DNA of 64,000 nt from Adineta vaga (Eukaryota > Animalia > Rotifera): positions 12,648,001-12,712,000 of the forward strand of contig CP075497.1 of NCBI GenBank assembly GCA_021613535.1. The letters are read 5' to 3'. The notes beneath the pieces are model-generated. The model worked only from the letters and a program-made list of their open reading frames with translations. It ran no database searches and was not told where the DNA came from. A program made the translations under genes and the position numbers. Each line of letters starts with the position of its first letter. Position 1 is the stretch's first letter. Positions 38,786 through 51,736 of this stretch are shown piece by piece.

Positions 38786-40857
38786 TTTATGTTTTCTTTT
38801 TCTTCTGAACTTTGTCGATTTTTTCGAGTATTGTTATTTAGAAATTATCTTTTAGTTATACAATCTCAACTATTTATTCTCAAATCATATGAAAGTTTTT
38901 CGTTAATATCCATGTACATTTCGTCAATAAATCAATCATTTTTTGATATCTACCGAATAAATGATGAATGTTTAATTTGTGTCGATAAATTCAAATATCT
39001 TTATTTCTTATGATATAATTATAAGATTGAAAGAAAACCTAAAGATGAAGAAAGCTTTTTACTTAAATCGAAAACATCACACAAATGGTATTTCTATTGA
39101 ATTATATGGGTTTGTTATTTGACTAAAATAGAAAATCTTTTCCAGTCTTTTAACAATGTACATTGATGAGAATTTCTGCTGCTGTTGAATATTGATAAAA
39201 CCAACATAGCAACGTTATAAACATGATTCTAACTTTTCAATTGTCTATGACAATTTGCAATAAATAATAAATAAGCGGACAAATCAGTTGTAGGCAGTTG
39301 TCAGTTATTCTCTTCCTTCATTAAAAGCTTGCCAAAGTCCTCCGAGAATAATCTATTAAAAAACAAAAAGAAACCATTTTCACGATAGGTTTCATTCATG
39401 TTACAAAGACACAATTCTTCTATATGATTTTTTAATCTATTGGGGCTTTTAGATCGTCAATTGCTTTCGAACAACCAAATAGATCATTTAATTTTCGTAT
39501 TCCGATTAATGAAAATGTGCGACTAATCTCATATAAATATCCTTCGTTTCATAAATTACAAATATATATTGTCCGTATTTATTTCGACAACATTGGGATA
39601 ACTCTTCAGTTTATTTACTTCATTTTCTGTTTATTGAGAAAACTCTTTATCCACAGAAAAAACCTCTTCAACAAACGATATATTACAATCTACAGAATTA
39701 AATAGTCGCATTCAATCATCGAACATTTGTCAAAGAAACTCAATAATGAAATTCAGAATCAGGACAAGAGCAATTTATTATCATCCTTGAACAAAAAACA
39801 AAATATAGAACAAATTGTCAGTATCTATTAATTCTTAACTAAAATGCTCAACGGTTAGCATAATTCTGTAAACTTGACGATATTATACATATTCTATTTT
39901 TTCTTTGCATATCCATTCTTTATATGCAATGTACATGAACGAAAAGAAATGATTTGTATCGTTGTAATGCGAAGAAAAAAGTTGAATTATATTGATTTAA
40001 TTATATAGAACGTGCATGCAATGATCTTATTTATTATTCTCTTATTATTATCATCGATAGTTAATATTAATTCTTATGATTCTAGTTGTTCATTAGGTAT
40101 AGTAAGTGCGCCATCATGTGCTGGTACATAGCATGCTCTGAAGTATGTGAAGCATCATATATATCATCACGTTTACTTGGATCAATCAATTCTATTTGCT
40201 CATCTATAAGTACTTTCAATTTGATAGAATTTTATCTTTGACTATGGCGGCATTCTTATCAACTTTAGTTATTGATAAATCGATCTATGTGACGAAATGA
40301 GTAAAAAGCACCACGATCTAGTTAAAGGTTCACTTTCATGATTATGTTATGTGAGAAGTTTTGGCTCAATTCATAATGAAAACCAATTTGTTTTCTTTGC
40401 CTTTTCCTAATAAACAGTATATTTCCACACGAACAATATTGAAGAACTTAGATGATAGTTACAAAGTTAAACTCTTTGACAATTGATTTCATTGATACGA
40501 AATGAATGGAATATAGTGTGCTATTATATTTGTCGTTCGAATGTGAATCGATTATCGATAGGAAAAAAGATTCTTTTTCGATCCATAAATGGTAGCTATT
40601 ATGGACGAAAGTTAATCATCGACAACAGAATGGAAAAGAATAAAATTTGTTAGACCACGCCATTAATTAACCGCACATTAAATACGATGTGTCTATAGAT
40701 AATATTCATCGAAATTGAAATGAATATGTATGAAAGAAAAAAGAAAAAAGAAAATCAAAGAAGTCAATAAGGAGATATATTTAAAATCAGTGATCGAATG
40801 ATATATCGTTTCTATTTAGTAAATGATTCTGTCTCATATGTTTACTTCTTTTTTTAG

Positions 40858-41145
40858 ATGGAAAACCGTGAGAATAGCAATCGTTTTCCTGCTTCCAATC
40901 CCTCGTCTTCACCTTCACCATATTCAGGAATCCTTCCCTCCATTCCTCGACCTCGGACACGATCAGTAGGTCGAGGTGGTTCAGTAAGTTTTTACTACTA
41001 AAAATATTTAACATCTAAATGCATGCTTTTTTTTCTCATTTAGAATGCACAACAACAGCCTGTTCCATCTCGACTCCAAGGTAAATTATAATAAGAAATT
41101 TATATTAGTGTTAAATAATAAAGGTTGTTTTTAGATCGTGCTTAA
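40858..41145 (+). other. Small spliced Ser/Pro/Arg-rich ORF (57 aa) or gene remnant
   Basis: Canonical GT-AG introns at ~40984-41043 and ~41081-41134; a further donor just after the TAA suggests a premature stop. Confidence 0.4.
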
Positions 41146-41864
41146 CAACCCCGATCTGTTTCCGTAAGTTCTTCATTGCATCTTTTATTTTTCCTAAGAA
41201 ATAAATCTAACGAAAGATCAGAGAAATTATCTTTTTCTTTACTGAATCCGACATATTCTTTGTAAAGAATACATTGTCCTTAGATCATCGTAATAACAAC
41301 ACGTGTTTGTCCAATTCGAGAAAAAAACATCCAACACGAAGCAATTAGAAGGAGAGAGAGAGAGAAAAGAGTCGATGATCGAATATACACGAAAGAGAAA
41401 GAAAACAAAAAACTTTCAATATTCATCTCCATGAAAATGAATCATCTTTTCTTTTTCTTATATCTGTTCCAGTGCGCATCAATAAGATATCCTATAAAAT
41501 CTGTTTTCAACAAAAGACCTTGCTTCTCATTAATCTTTTTGATAAAACGATAAAAAAAATTACGCTAGATAATGAGTGAGGATTTTTCATGAATGATCCT
41601 TGTAATATAAAGACAAAAAGTATCAAAATGTTTTTCTATTATTTGATATACATGAATACTTTATGATTGTATTTTCGATCATTTACATGAAAATGAAACA
41701 ATGCAAGATTATTCATTATTGTTAATCACATAGATTTAATTCGAAGTGAATTAAGAAACGTAACTGAGGGATTCACTTTGAATTAATTTGGTGTGACTTA
41801 GGTCTTAGTGAACATCATTCTTCTTCTTTTCTCTTGTATTTTCTCATTCGTCGATAGTTAGTTG

Positions 41865-42300
41865 CAGGGGCGTAGCCAGGATTTCACTAAGGGGGGTGCA
41901 CAGAACATATAAGTATTCCTGATTACATCTGATTTGATTCAAATAATCACGAAACAGATCGCTATAAGTTCAGAGAAAATGCTAATATTTTTAGCAAGAG
42001 TTTTCAAACGTGATGGAAGTTAGCAGCAGATTCGAGTATTTCCTGCTGACATTCGCTTAGGTATTTGGGATGGGTCTGATACTCCTGGGATGGATAGAGT
42101 TCAATATTCTGCATCGAATGATGCCGGATAAAGGGGGATCTATCATCAAAAACCAGGGTTTTCAGCCAAAATACTGTGAAGATGGGTGGTTTTACTCAGT
42201 AATCCTTGCTGACATTTGCTTTGGGAGTTGGAATATATGCGAAATGTTTCTGTATGAATTGCAGCATAGTGTTTTCATTGTTGTACTCTTTTATAAATGA
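41865..42300 (+). mobile_element. hAT-like DNA transposon left end
   Basis: Starts CAGGGGCGTAGCCAGGATTT..GGGGGG, a typical hAT-type terminus; the partner end was not found. Confidence 0.5.
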
Positions 42301-43139
42301 ATATTTTATAGAACTGTAAGTTATGGAAATCCTTGAAAATCAGTTTCATTACAATTTTGTACGTTTGAATAATTGTAGATGCCATATATTCTATACTTTT
42401 CATGTGATAGATTAGAAAAATAGAATTTTTGCTGAAATAGACTATTTAAAGGATCATATGGCAACTGTTTGTATAATAGCTTTGCTACATGTTCATACAG
42501 GTTGTCAAAATATTTGAGTTATTATATAGATCGGATTGGAAGAATAGATGTTATGAAACTCATCTGTTAATCTTCAACAATGAATGCAATGAAAATGTAG
42601 ATATAATTGAGATGCGATCAACATATAGGTTGTCATTAGTGATATTATGTGTTCAAATGAATGAGTTTAATCAAGAACACAGAGAAATATGAACAGACTC
42701 GTTTAAATGAATAACAAACGATCAGATAGAATACAAAGGAAAGAAAAGATATCGACATATATATATCGGGCTAAGTGAAGGAAGAGAAAAAATACAGACA
42801 TCATATGTAATACAAGAAAAGTTGATGAATATCATTAAATTAAGAGAGAATAAGATTCATTATATATCTCATTGATTCCTTAATTTGTTTCGCCTCAAAA
42901 ACATGTTGATTATAATTGCAATACGTATAATGCCAATTCGACGAGCATGCGACCATCATGAATGATACATCCCAAACGATTTGTATCATCGAAATGATAA
43001 TAAGTACCACCCTGTGCTTTGATAATTGCCGTGAAATGTTGATTTGTGTTGTTGATACCGGCAGACAGATTATAGCTAAATATTATGCAAAATGAATGAG
43101 GTCTGCAAATGTTGTGAACTTACGTATATTCACCAATAT

Positions 43140-45187
43140 AAAGAGGGTCTGGTAATTCTGTCATGGATGCAGAATTTTCCCCAACGTCAACAATAACAAA
43201 TGGTGCTTTGTGTATAAATTTTGCTTTCTTTACTATTCGAGTAGCTTCACATATATAATGCTTTCTAAAACTCAATAATGTTTACATGAAAATGGGTAAG
43301 ATTGGCACTTACTCCATACGAGTTACATTTGTCTCTACATCCACAACAGGAAATTTGTCGTCAACTGAATATTCTGCTGGATATTTTCGAGGTTTAAAAC
43401 GACCGAGATCTATTCGACATTGATGTTCTCGTGTGCTGGCAAAATTCGGTATGAAATTCATGAATTCACGATTGACTCTCCTACATTGAGAATAATACAA
43501 ATTATAAATTATATATGATGAATCAATAAAAAGAATTCAATCAGTATGTAAACAGTCGACTGATAAGACAACATTGTTTGATAAAGAATTAAATTATAAA
43601 ACGGTGAAATGTGTGACTAATTCAACATATCCTATTTATCTACTCGTTCTTTATCAGCTTCATTCATCGTTGATTGGCAACATATTGTATATTCATCTTA
43701 CATGTTTGTGCTTCTATTACACTTTCTTATTCCTTAAATGTGATCTCTTTAATAGGTAAGTCTTATCAAATTATTGATCTACCTGAAACACTCAAACTAT
43801 TTATGGAATTGATTATTGGTCAATCTATTTACATACTTCGTTCGTGTGACAAAAATGAAAAACATAGCTTATCTAATCAACCATGTCTTATTGTTGCTAC
43901 ATCATTTTTTCGTCCTGTGATTGAGAATGATAATATTTTATCGGTCTCTCGGTTGACTCCATTACCAGCAATTGTTAACAATGAACAATTTGTCTATTCG
44001 AATATACCTAATATTATCGCTGTTAATACACAAGATCAATCAGATATGACATGGACTGATATTACAAACAAGAATGAATGTCCATTTTCAATTTTCATTT
44101 ATTGTTCAAAGAAATTGCCGTTTATTCGACTGAATGATTTACCTTGTTTATCAGAACTGTTAAATGATAACAAACAGGTTGTCACTTCATGTGAAATAAC
44201 ACGTTCGCATCATAAGCAAACCAATTTTATTAACTTCGATAATAACGTTTGGCTTTTTTCTCATGACAGACAACCAATGTATTGTCAATTACAAACAGAT
44301 ATTGGGCTATATAACGGCTTTACGATAATCAATGAACCATCTATCTTACGTCTACCATGTGGAAATACATTGAGCTGTTCTGGTATTAAATTAACTTCGT
44401 CTAGTTGTACTGATCGAAATGTTTTAATTAAATCGTCAGATACAGAACAATATGTACAACTACAAACTATTCCATGGTCTCTTAAAAATATGAATAAACA
44501 ATTGTTTTCCACGCATCAGTCAATAATTAAAAATTCCTTTAAAACTATTCTTAATTACTTAAAAGAAAATAGATTAACCATCAAAACTCTAATTACAGAA
44601 TTCGGTGAAATCGGTTTATCAGCAATTTTTCTTATTTTTGCATCATTTATTTCACTTTTCGTTCGATGGACTAAGCGTTCGCTGTTGAAACGTATAGAAC
44701 GACTTGAGAAAAATCTAGATGATCTTGTAAATGCGTTTGCTACGCGTCTAGAAAGTTGAACTTTCTGAAACATTAAAAAATCATTCTTCATTGTTGTAAT
44801 TATCTTTTCTGTTAATAAATAAAGCAACTCTTTTCTAACATAGTCTAGTGGACAAACGATCAAGCATAGACGCCGTCTTCTACTACATATTGTATATTAT
44901 TTCCTTGAATTTTAGAAATTCTTCATAGTAACAAGATATACATATATTTCAATTCATCTAGTATTCCTCTCATTGAATATATATCTTCACATGGGATATA
45001 TCCACCGTTGTTATCTTTCCCTCCTTCTCTTTGCTTCTTTTTCTCACGTTTTTCTCCGATGAGTGCCATGCTCACTCAAGGGAAGAGCTGAGAGCATCGA
45101 TATAAAAGGAGAAATAATTTATAGAATAAAATATATAGCTGATCATCACAAACAAAGCTCATCGTAAGATTCACGTCTTATCAAACA
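43140..45187 (+). mobile_element. 3' remnant of an env-containing LTR retrotransposon
   Basis: Decayed env 5' part, env-like ORF, PPT AAGGGAAGAG, then a short TG...CA LTR-like segment (45089-45187) with TATAAAA and AATAAA. Confidence 0.6.
43674..44759 (+). CDS. Env/fusion (F)-glycoprotein-like ORF, 5'-degraded
   Basis: Intronless Cys-rich ectodomain (SRLTPLPAIVNNEQFVYSNIPNIIAVN...), heptad region, C-terminal TM IGLSAIFLIFASFISLFVRW and a basic tail; located before the PPT. Confidence 0.65.
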   Translation: MATYCIFILHVCASITLSYSLNVISLIGKSYQIIDLPETLKLFMELIIGQSIYILRSCDKNEKHSLSNQPCLIVATSFFRPVIENDNILSVSRLTPLPAIVNNEQFVYSNIPNIIAVNTQDQSDMTWTDITNKNECPFSIFIYCSKKLPFIRLNDLPCLSELLNDNKQVVTSCEITRSHHKQTNFINFDNNVWLFSHDRQPMYCQLQTDIGLYNGFTIINEPSILRLPCGNTLSCSGIKLTSSSCTDRNVLIKSSDTEQYVQLQTIPWSLKNMNKQLFSTHQSIIKNSFKTILNYLKENRLTIKTLITEFGEIGLSAIFLIFASFISLFVRWTKRSLLKRIERLEKNLDDLVNAFATRLES

Positions 45188-45449
45188 TGATCAGAGTCCA
45201 AACAATAAAAAAAACGATAACTGAAGATTACGAATATCCATATTAAAATGAATATTATAAATATCGTCAAAGGATTACTGAGTAAAACCACCCATCTTCA
45301 CAGTATTTTGGCTGAAAACCCTGGTTTTTGATGATAGATCCCCTTTTATCCGGCACCATTCGATGCAGAATATTGAACTCTATTCATCCCAAATACCTAA
45401 GCGAATGTCAGCAGGAAATACTCGAATCTGCTGCTAACTTCCATTACGT

Positions 45450-46427
45450 AAATATTTATATAATTTAATTGAAAACGACAATTATTTTTGGATGGTTTTA
45501 ATAAAAAATCATTTTGGATTGAAATTATATCAACGTTATGTTGATGAAATTTTTGAAAACGAAAAAAATTCCGATTATGTTTTATATCGTACAGATAAAG
45601 ATAAAGAAAAATTTGAACGACGTTTTCAAAAGATTTATATTCCAACAAGTGTCTGTCAATTTTGGTTATTTAATGTATTGAATATGAAAGATAATACTGA
45701 TGATTATATAGATCATCAAAGTATAATTAAACAAAAAACTAAACCACGTACAAATCAATTAAAAATGTCTTTAACACAGGAAGAATTTTATGAATATTAT
45801 TTGGATAAAAATAAAGATTTAACTAAAGGAGATATTTGTCGCATTTCATTTTATAAATTATTATATTATTATTTAATTCAACCAAAACGTTTATTTATTA
45901 ATAATATATTTGCAATATATTTAAGGTGTTCAAAAGATCATTTACATTGTACAAATTCCATATGTTCAACAAATTATGAATATGATTTAAATAGTTCAAT
46001 AGGGTGTTGTATTCGTTTTTATTCTGATCGAACACGTTATCAAGCTGGAATAAAAGGAATATTTAAATCAATTTTACCTGGAATTTACGAAATTCTTTTT
46101 CGTATTAAATTAGATAAAAATGAAAAGTTTTTGTCTGATCATAATAAAAGTTTTAATCAAGATTCTTCTTCAGAAAAACAAACTCATTGTTATTTCTATG
46201 CATTAGCTGATTATGGTCATGATTGTGAATGTAATGGAAAGGTAATGGATTATGATCGGTTTGAATCAAACTATATATTCTATGGAAATAATCAGTGGTT
46301 TAATCAAATAATGGGATATATTCAAGTATTTCAATTATCAAATATTTATTTTGGTTTTAATATTAGAGATAATACTTCGTATCTAAATATTTTGTTCGAT
46401 TATATACAATTAAATATTGTTAAATAG
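45450..46427 (+). CDS. F-box + phloem-protein-2 (PP2)-like domain protein, 5' end cut by the inverted repeat
   Basis: KYLYNLIENDNYFWMVLIKNHFG (F-box C-terminal half) starts at the IR boundary. C-terminal GIFKSILPGIYEILFRIKL...WF...FGF...ILFDYIQL resembles PP2-type beta-sandwiches. Confidence 0.6.
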   Translation, partial: KYLYNLIENDNYFWMVLIKNHFGLKLYQRYVDEIFENEKNSDYVLYRTDKDKEKFERRFQKIYIPTSVCQFWLFNVLNMKDNTDDYIDHQSIIKQKTKPRTNQLKMSLTQEEFYEYYLDKNKDLTKGDICRISFYKLLYYYLIQPKRLFINNIFAIYLRCSKDHLHCTNSICSTNYEYDLNSSIGCCIRFYSDRTRYQAGIKGIFKSILPGIYEILFRIKLDKNEKFLSDHNKSFNQDSSSEKQTHCYFYALADYGHDCECNGKVMDYDRFESNYIFYGNNQWFNQIMGYIQVFQLSNIYFGFNIRDNTSYLNILFDYIQLNIVK

Positions 46428-46824
46428 TTCATGTATTTTATTTTTCTTACAATTGTAAGAATCGTTTAAATAATAATAAAATATCTTTTAATTATACAAT
46501 TTTAATTCTTTATTCACAAATCCTATGAAATCTTTTTGTTAATATTGAAAAGTTAAAAGATTGAAAGAAAATATCATTTAAATGGTATTTTTTTCTATTG
46601 AATTTCATGAATTTGTCATTTGAACAGATGAATATTGTTTGTTAATAAGCGGGAAATCAATTGTAGAATTGTCAGTTTTTTCTTGTTGCTTATCAAAGTG
46701 ATTTGATTGATGTTATAGAAAGACAATTGTTTAATAAAACTTTTCAATTGTTAATTCTTTAGTATAATAAAATGAAAGTCTTGTTTATTTAAAAAATATT
46801 ATGATTTATTTGTAAGAAAAGAAA

Positions 46825-49800
46825 TTAAAAATGAAAAGCTTCTTCTTCAGGTGTCATAATAAGTTTAAAAACATGTTGTTGTAATTCTAAAAATTGATTT
46901 TCTTGTGAATGTTCCAATGTTGATTGTTGTTCACATTTTTCACAAAAAGTTAATGATGGACAATGAACACAATCAAAACGAATTCCATTCACATCATTTT
47001 TACAATGATCACATGTTACACCATTATGATGAACAATCGGATTTTCTGGTTGAGGAAGATCAATGATCTTTTGTTTTGGTTGTTTTGTTGTTGATGGTTG
47101 ATATTGTTTAGCTTGTTGCCAATTAAATTTATGACCACAACCAGATTGAACATTTCCACCATGTGCATCTTGTCCACAAACCATTGCATCACAACCTTCA
47201 AGACGTTGAACAACTCTCTTACATGATGGACAAAAACGACAATTCTGTGCTTTATACTGTTCATCATGCATTAATTCATCATAACGACGACGTAAGTCAC
47301 GATTACGATTTTCATTTTCATTACGTTGCTGATTATATTCATTTAATTGCGATTGATATGTTGTATCTTGTTCAACTCTCATTCTCAAATATCGTTCACG
47401 TTCTAAAAGAAAAAAAGAAATACATTTACAATAAGCAAAGATTTCTCTTTCATTACCATTTTGACACCAAAAAAACCATCGTTGTGTAATTTGTGGAAGT
47501 TGTTGACATGTTGTTCGATAATGATATTGTTGATTACAAAGTGAACAAAATTCATGTTGACATAAAGGACATTGAACTTTAAAACGTTCATTTGGATCTG
47601 CAGCTTCAGCAACCCATGTACAATTTTGTTTTGGACATTTTATTATTCCACGTGTTCGACTCGAATAAATATCAAATGTTTTTTTTATTTGATATTCTTG
47701 TATTTGATCTAATTCTTCTTTTGATATACGAAGTTGATTTAATTCACTTTCTTTCAAGACATTTGTACAAAGTGCACATGTTAAGATTTCTCCATTACTC
47801 ATTTTTGTTTGACATGATTGATAATAACATTTATAACATAATTTGTGACTATCGGGGCAATCAAAGACATAAATATCATCATATGGACATGCTTCCATAC
47901 ATATATCACAATCTCGTCGTGGTAAATCATATGGAAATATTGAACCTATGAAAGAAACAAAGAGAATTGTTTCGTCTTTTTTTAGAGAAATTGAAATTAC
48001 CATAAACAGCTAATGTTTGAATAATTGAATGAGGATCATTTGATAAAGGTGAAGATTTATTTTGTTGTTGAATAAAAAAACGAATTTGTTCTTTAGTAAA
48101 TGGATATTTTGTTCTTAAAGAAATAAAATCAATTAATTTTTCATTAAAAGATATTTGATTTGTTCGACATTGTTTTGAATGATTATCTAATTGATTTGTT
48201 GAATATGGTAACAGACAATATTCACATGGAATTAATTCATTACATTGTTCATCATGATCATCAAAGATTTCATTTTCATTTAAATTTATATAAAATTTAC
48301 ATTTCGAACAAAATGGTCGTTGTTTACCTTGAACAAGTTTTAATAAACGATCAGATAAACGACGTTCAAGTGGAATTAATGAAACATCATGACGAGATAA
48401 TTCATAATCACATTTGCTTTTATGACAAACAGGTTTCTCACGATTACGAGCAAATTCTTCCATAGATTCTTTCAAACAAATGAAACAATATTCATGATTA
48501 TGATCACATGAAATTGTATAAAATAAATCGTTCGAATTTTCTTTTAAACGATAACTAAAAAAAAAGAAAAATCAATATCGTTCATTTTTATATCATTCAT
48601 TTTTTTACCATGAAAAACATTTTCTATTGTATTTTTGATCAACTTGAGCAACACATGATAAAACATGATTTTCATATTCAGATTCATGAATTGATTTAAA
48701 ACATAAAATACAATCTTTCCTCTTTGGTTTGATTTCAATTGAAGATGCACAACAAGTTGTTTTGTTTTGATTCTAAATTATTTTCAATTTTTCTGATAAA
48801 ATCAAAAATCTGAAGAATTCATTGAAAGATTTCATCTGATAAGATACGATCTTTTACTATTCATTTCTTTTTCGCGATAAAAATCAAGAATTTGATCTTA
48901 CCTGAGAGATTTCATTTGATTGATGTTCATCATTTGAATTAGGTACACAATTTGTTACATGATTAATATATTCAGATTCATCAATTGGTTTAAAACATAA
49001 AATACAATCTTTTTTCTTTGAATTTTCATTCTAAAATTAATTTCGTTTTGTTTAAGAAAATCAAAATTTCTGTTATTTTACTTTGGAAACTTGATCCGAT
49101 GAACAATTTGTAACATGATCAAGATATTCGGATTCATCGATAGATTTAAAACATAAAATACAATCTTTTTTTGTTTCTATATTTACTATTGGTTCTATTT
49201 GATTCGTCTAAAGAAAAAATTTTCAATGAATAAAATATTAAACGAAAAAACAAAACTACAAACTTCTAATTGATTTGTTGAACAATTTGTAACATGATCA
49301 ATAAAATCCGTTTCATCGATATATGCAAAACATAAAATACATTGTTTTTTTACTTGTGAAGAGACATGATTTTCTTGATCATTACTTGAACATGATGTTA
49401 CATGATTTTCAAAATCGGTTTCATTTATAGAATTTGAACATAAAATACAGGTTTTCAATGAATTAATTAATTGTTCTGGAGATATTTGATTATTCTATTG
49501 ATTAGGGAAAATGAAATGATATTTTATTAAGTAAATGAAATATTTACGTCGAAAGAAAGACTTTTTTCTTCAGGAATTTCTTCATTTTGTGAACAATTTA
49601 AAATATGATTTTCAAGTTCGTTTTCGTTAATATATTTTGAACATAAAATGCATAGTTTTTGATTTGAATTTATCTTTTCTTCTAAAATAATTTCCTCAGT
49701 CTAAAATGAAAATATTTGATTTTTATATGTTTTTCAAAAACTTTTCCACAAACTTGAATTGGTGTTTGACCTCTTGGTGTTTGATAATTTGCAGTGTCTT

Positions 49801-50068
49801 TTTCTTCATCTAATTCACAAGTTTCATAATGTGTAGATAAATCCTGCACAAACTTCTCACAAATAGGACATTTTTTGATTTGATTACATTTCTGAATATG
49901 TTCTTCATATTGACTTTTATCAAAAGATTCATTACATGAAGAACATAATTGTTTATCATTACTTGATACTAATCGACAATTGAGAATATGATTACGAATA
50001 TCTTTTTCTAAAATAATTTCTGTACATCGACTACATCGTTGAGAACCGGGCAATTGACTGTTCATCAT
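46825..50068 (-). CDS. RBR (RING1-IBR-RING2) E3 ubiquitin ligase with a C2HC zinc-finger array and a C-terminal ZZ finger
   Basis: ~9 CxxC-x9-11-H-x3-C fingers on successive exons, an extra RING-like domain, RING1 CDICME..., IBR CPKQNC...CSLCNQQYH..C, RING2 CPSC..RLEGCDAMVCGQDAHGGNVQSGCGHKFNW, ZZ CDHC..IRFDCVHC..FCEKC. Confidence 0.9.
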
Positions 50069-50539
50069 AAATTTTTATCAGTTTATCTAATCTAAAAAGA
50101 AGAGAAACTTATTTTATTTTGTAATGTTTTTCGAAAAGTTTACTTTTGCTTTCATAAAAAATACAGAACATCTCAAGTGTTTTTATATTTTTTTTCTATT
50201 ACTAAAAAACATAACACTGAAGAAATTTTCTTTCAATTAATTTCATCAGTTATTTCTTCCAAATTTAGCACATTCGATGGAAATTAGTTGATAGTGATCT
50301 ATAAATGGTTCTCTTCTATTAACAAACGAATTTCTCCTTTCAAAGATGTCGCATCTTTATTAAAACAATATTATTTCTTTATATTTCACGAGCATAATAC
50401 CATTAAGAGAATCTTGTATAATCAGAAGTTAGAATTTGACAAGTTTTTTTAAGTATATTTCCAGAATTATAGAATCTTTTTAGGATGGAAGTAATGATGA
50501 AAATTGCCCTTACGATTTTTTTGACTTTTTCTTAAATAT

Positions 50540-50822
50540 CTAATGCAGTTAAAAGGTGTAAATATGTCTGCATTATATTTACGTTGCGTTCAAATGTTAT
50601 GTTCGATGAAATATGAATATGATTTAAATAGTTCATGAGATCGTTGTATTACCTTGAGTAAAAATCAATGATTTTTTTTTCTTATCATAATCGACATTGT
50701 AGTGAAGATCCTTTGGGAGAAAAATCTATTGCGTGTTATTTCCATACGTTAGCTAATTATGGTCATGATTGTGAATGTAATGGAAAAGTAATGAATTATG
50801 ATTGGCTTTGAATCAAATTATT
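50540..50822 (+). pseudogene. Second relic paralog of the F-box/PP2-like gene
   Basis: tatgaatatgatttaaatagttca and ttagct.attatggtcatgattgtgaatgtaatggaaa match ~45975-46270 with deletions. Confidence 0.75.
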
Positions 50823-51105
50823 TAATGATAAATTGCTGTATCTATGTCGAAGAATTAAATGAAAATTTCACTAAAAATGAATTTAAACGATTGTGTAAAT
50901 ACAAAAATTGTTCAAATGAAATGTAAAATAATGCAAATGAATTGAAATAATGAAAAAAAAGAAGAAGAAGAAGAGATGTTTGAATGAAAGAATAAATTTG
51001 TTCATGGAGATGAAGATTGTGTCAAGGATAAAATCTGATCTATATATAGGACAGAAGAATTCAAAGTGATGATTTAAAGAAAAGAAGAAGATATCACATA
51101 TATCA

Positions 51106-51519
51106 ATGAATTTATTCATTTCTTTTTCTTTATTACTTTTCCTTCAAATGTCGGAAGAAACAATTACTTCTTGTTCGTCAGATGATATTTGTAATAATGG
51201 AAAATGTTTTTCAAAAAATGAAACTGATTTTTATTGTAAATGTAATCGTGGTTGGATTAATTCAAAAGATAATCAAAATTATTGTAATTATGAACAAAAA
51301 TCTCAATTAGCATCTTTTCTTCTGTCATTTTTTCTTGGACTTTTTGGTGCGGATTGGTATTATTTAAGTGCTGGATATGGTGGTTACATTGCTGGTGCTA
51401 TTTTTAAAATGTTAACTTTAGGAGGATTTGGTATTTGGTGGTTAGTCGATTGGATACGAATTTTAACAAATTCATTTCCAGATGGAAATGGACAAGAATT
51501 AATTCCATGGAATCCATAA
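51106..51519 (+). CDS. EGF-like + TM2 domain-containing protein
   Basis: Signal peptide, 6-Cys EGF-like module, TM2 motif KSQLASFLLSFFLGLFGADWYYL...KMLTLGGFGIWWLVDWIRILT..FPDGNG..L. Confidence 0.9.
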   Translation: MNLFISFSLLLFLQMSEETITSCSSDDICNNGKCFSKNETDFYCKCNRGWINSKDNQNYCNYEQKSQLASFLLSFFLGLFGADWYYLSAGYGGYIAGAIFKMLTLGGFGIWWLVDWIRILTNSFPDGNGQELIPWNP

Positions 51520-51736
51520 GAACATCCATTTTATATGAACTTAATCTCACATAAAACTAATCATAGATATTTTTTTCTGTTGTAAAGATCACGCGATAAG
51601 AAAATGTTTGATATTTAATCACAATAGATTTCTATATAATTAATTTGAATATATATTTGAAATTAAATTTACAAAGAGAAAAAGAAAAAGCGAATGTTTT
51701 TTCAAATGAAAATTCAATAAAATGAGAAAGTTTATA

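Larger units (their letters stand above)
42008..45449. repeat. Pair of ~180-200-bp near-identical inverted repeats (42008-42207 / 45270-45449)
   Basis: Direct reverse-complement match with a few substitutions and one ~20-bp indel. Confidence 0.95.

Noticed and set aside
39460-39860. Possible decayed coding fragment (…ICPYLFR…)
   Set aside because: Multiple stops and frameshifts, and no recognisable domain.
8429-47456. Stopless 3n introns in the GPCR, GT61 and RBR genes as regulated intron retention
   Set aside because: Three cases among dozens of short introns is compatible with chance; no expression data.
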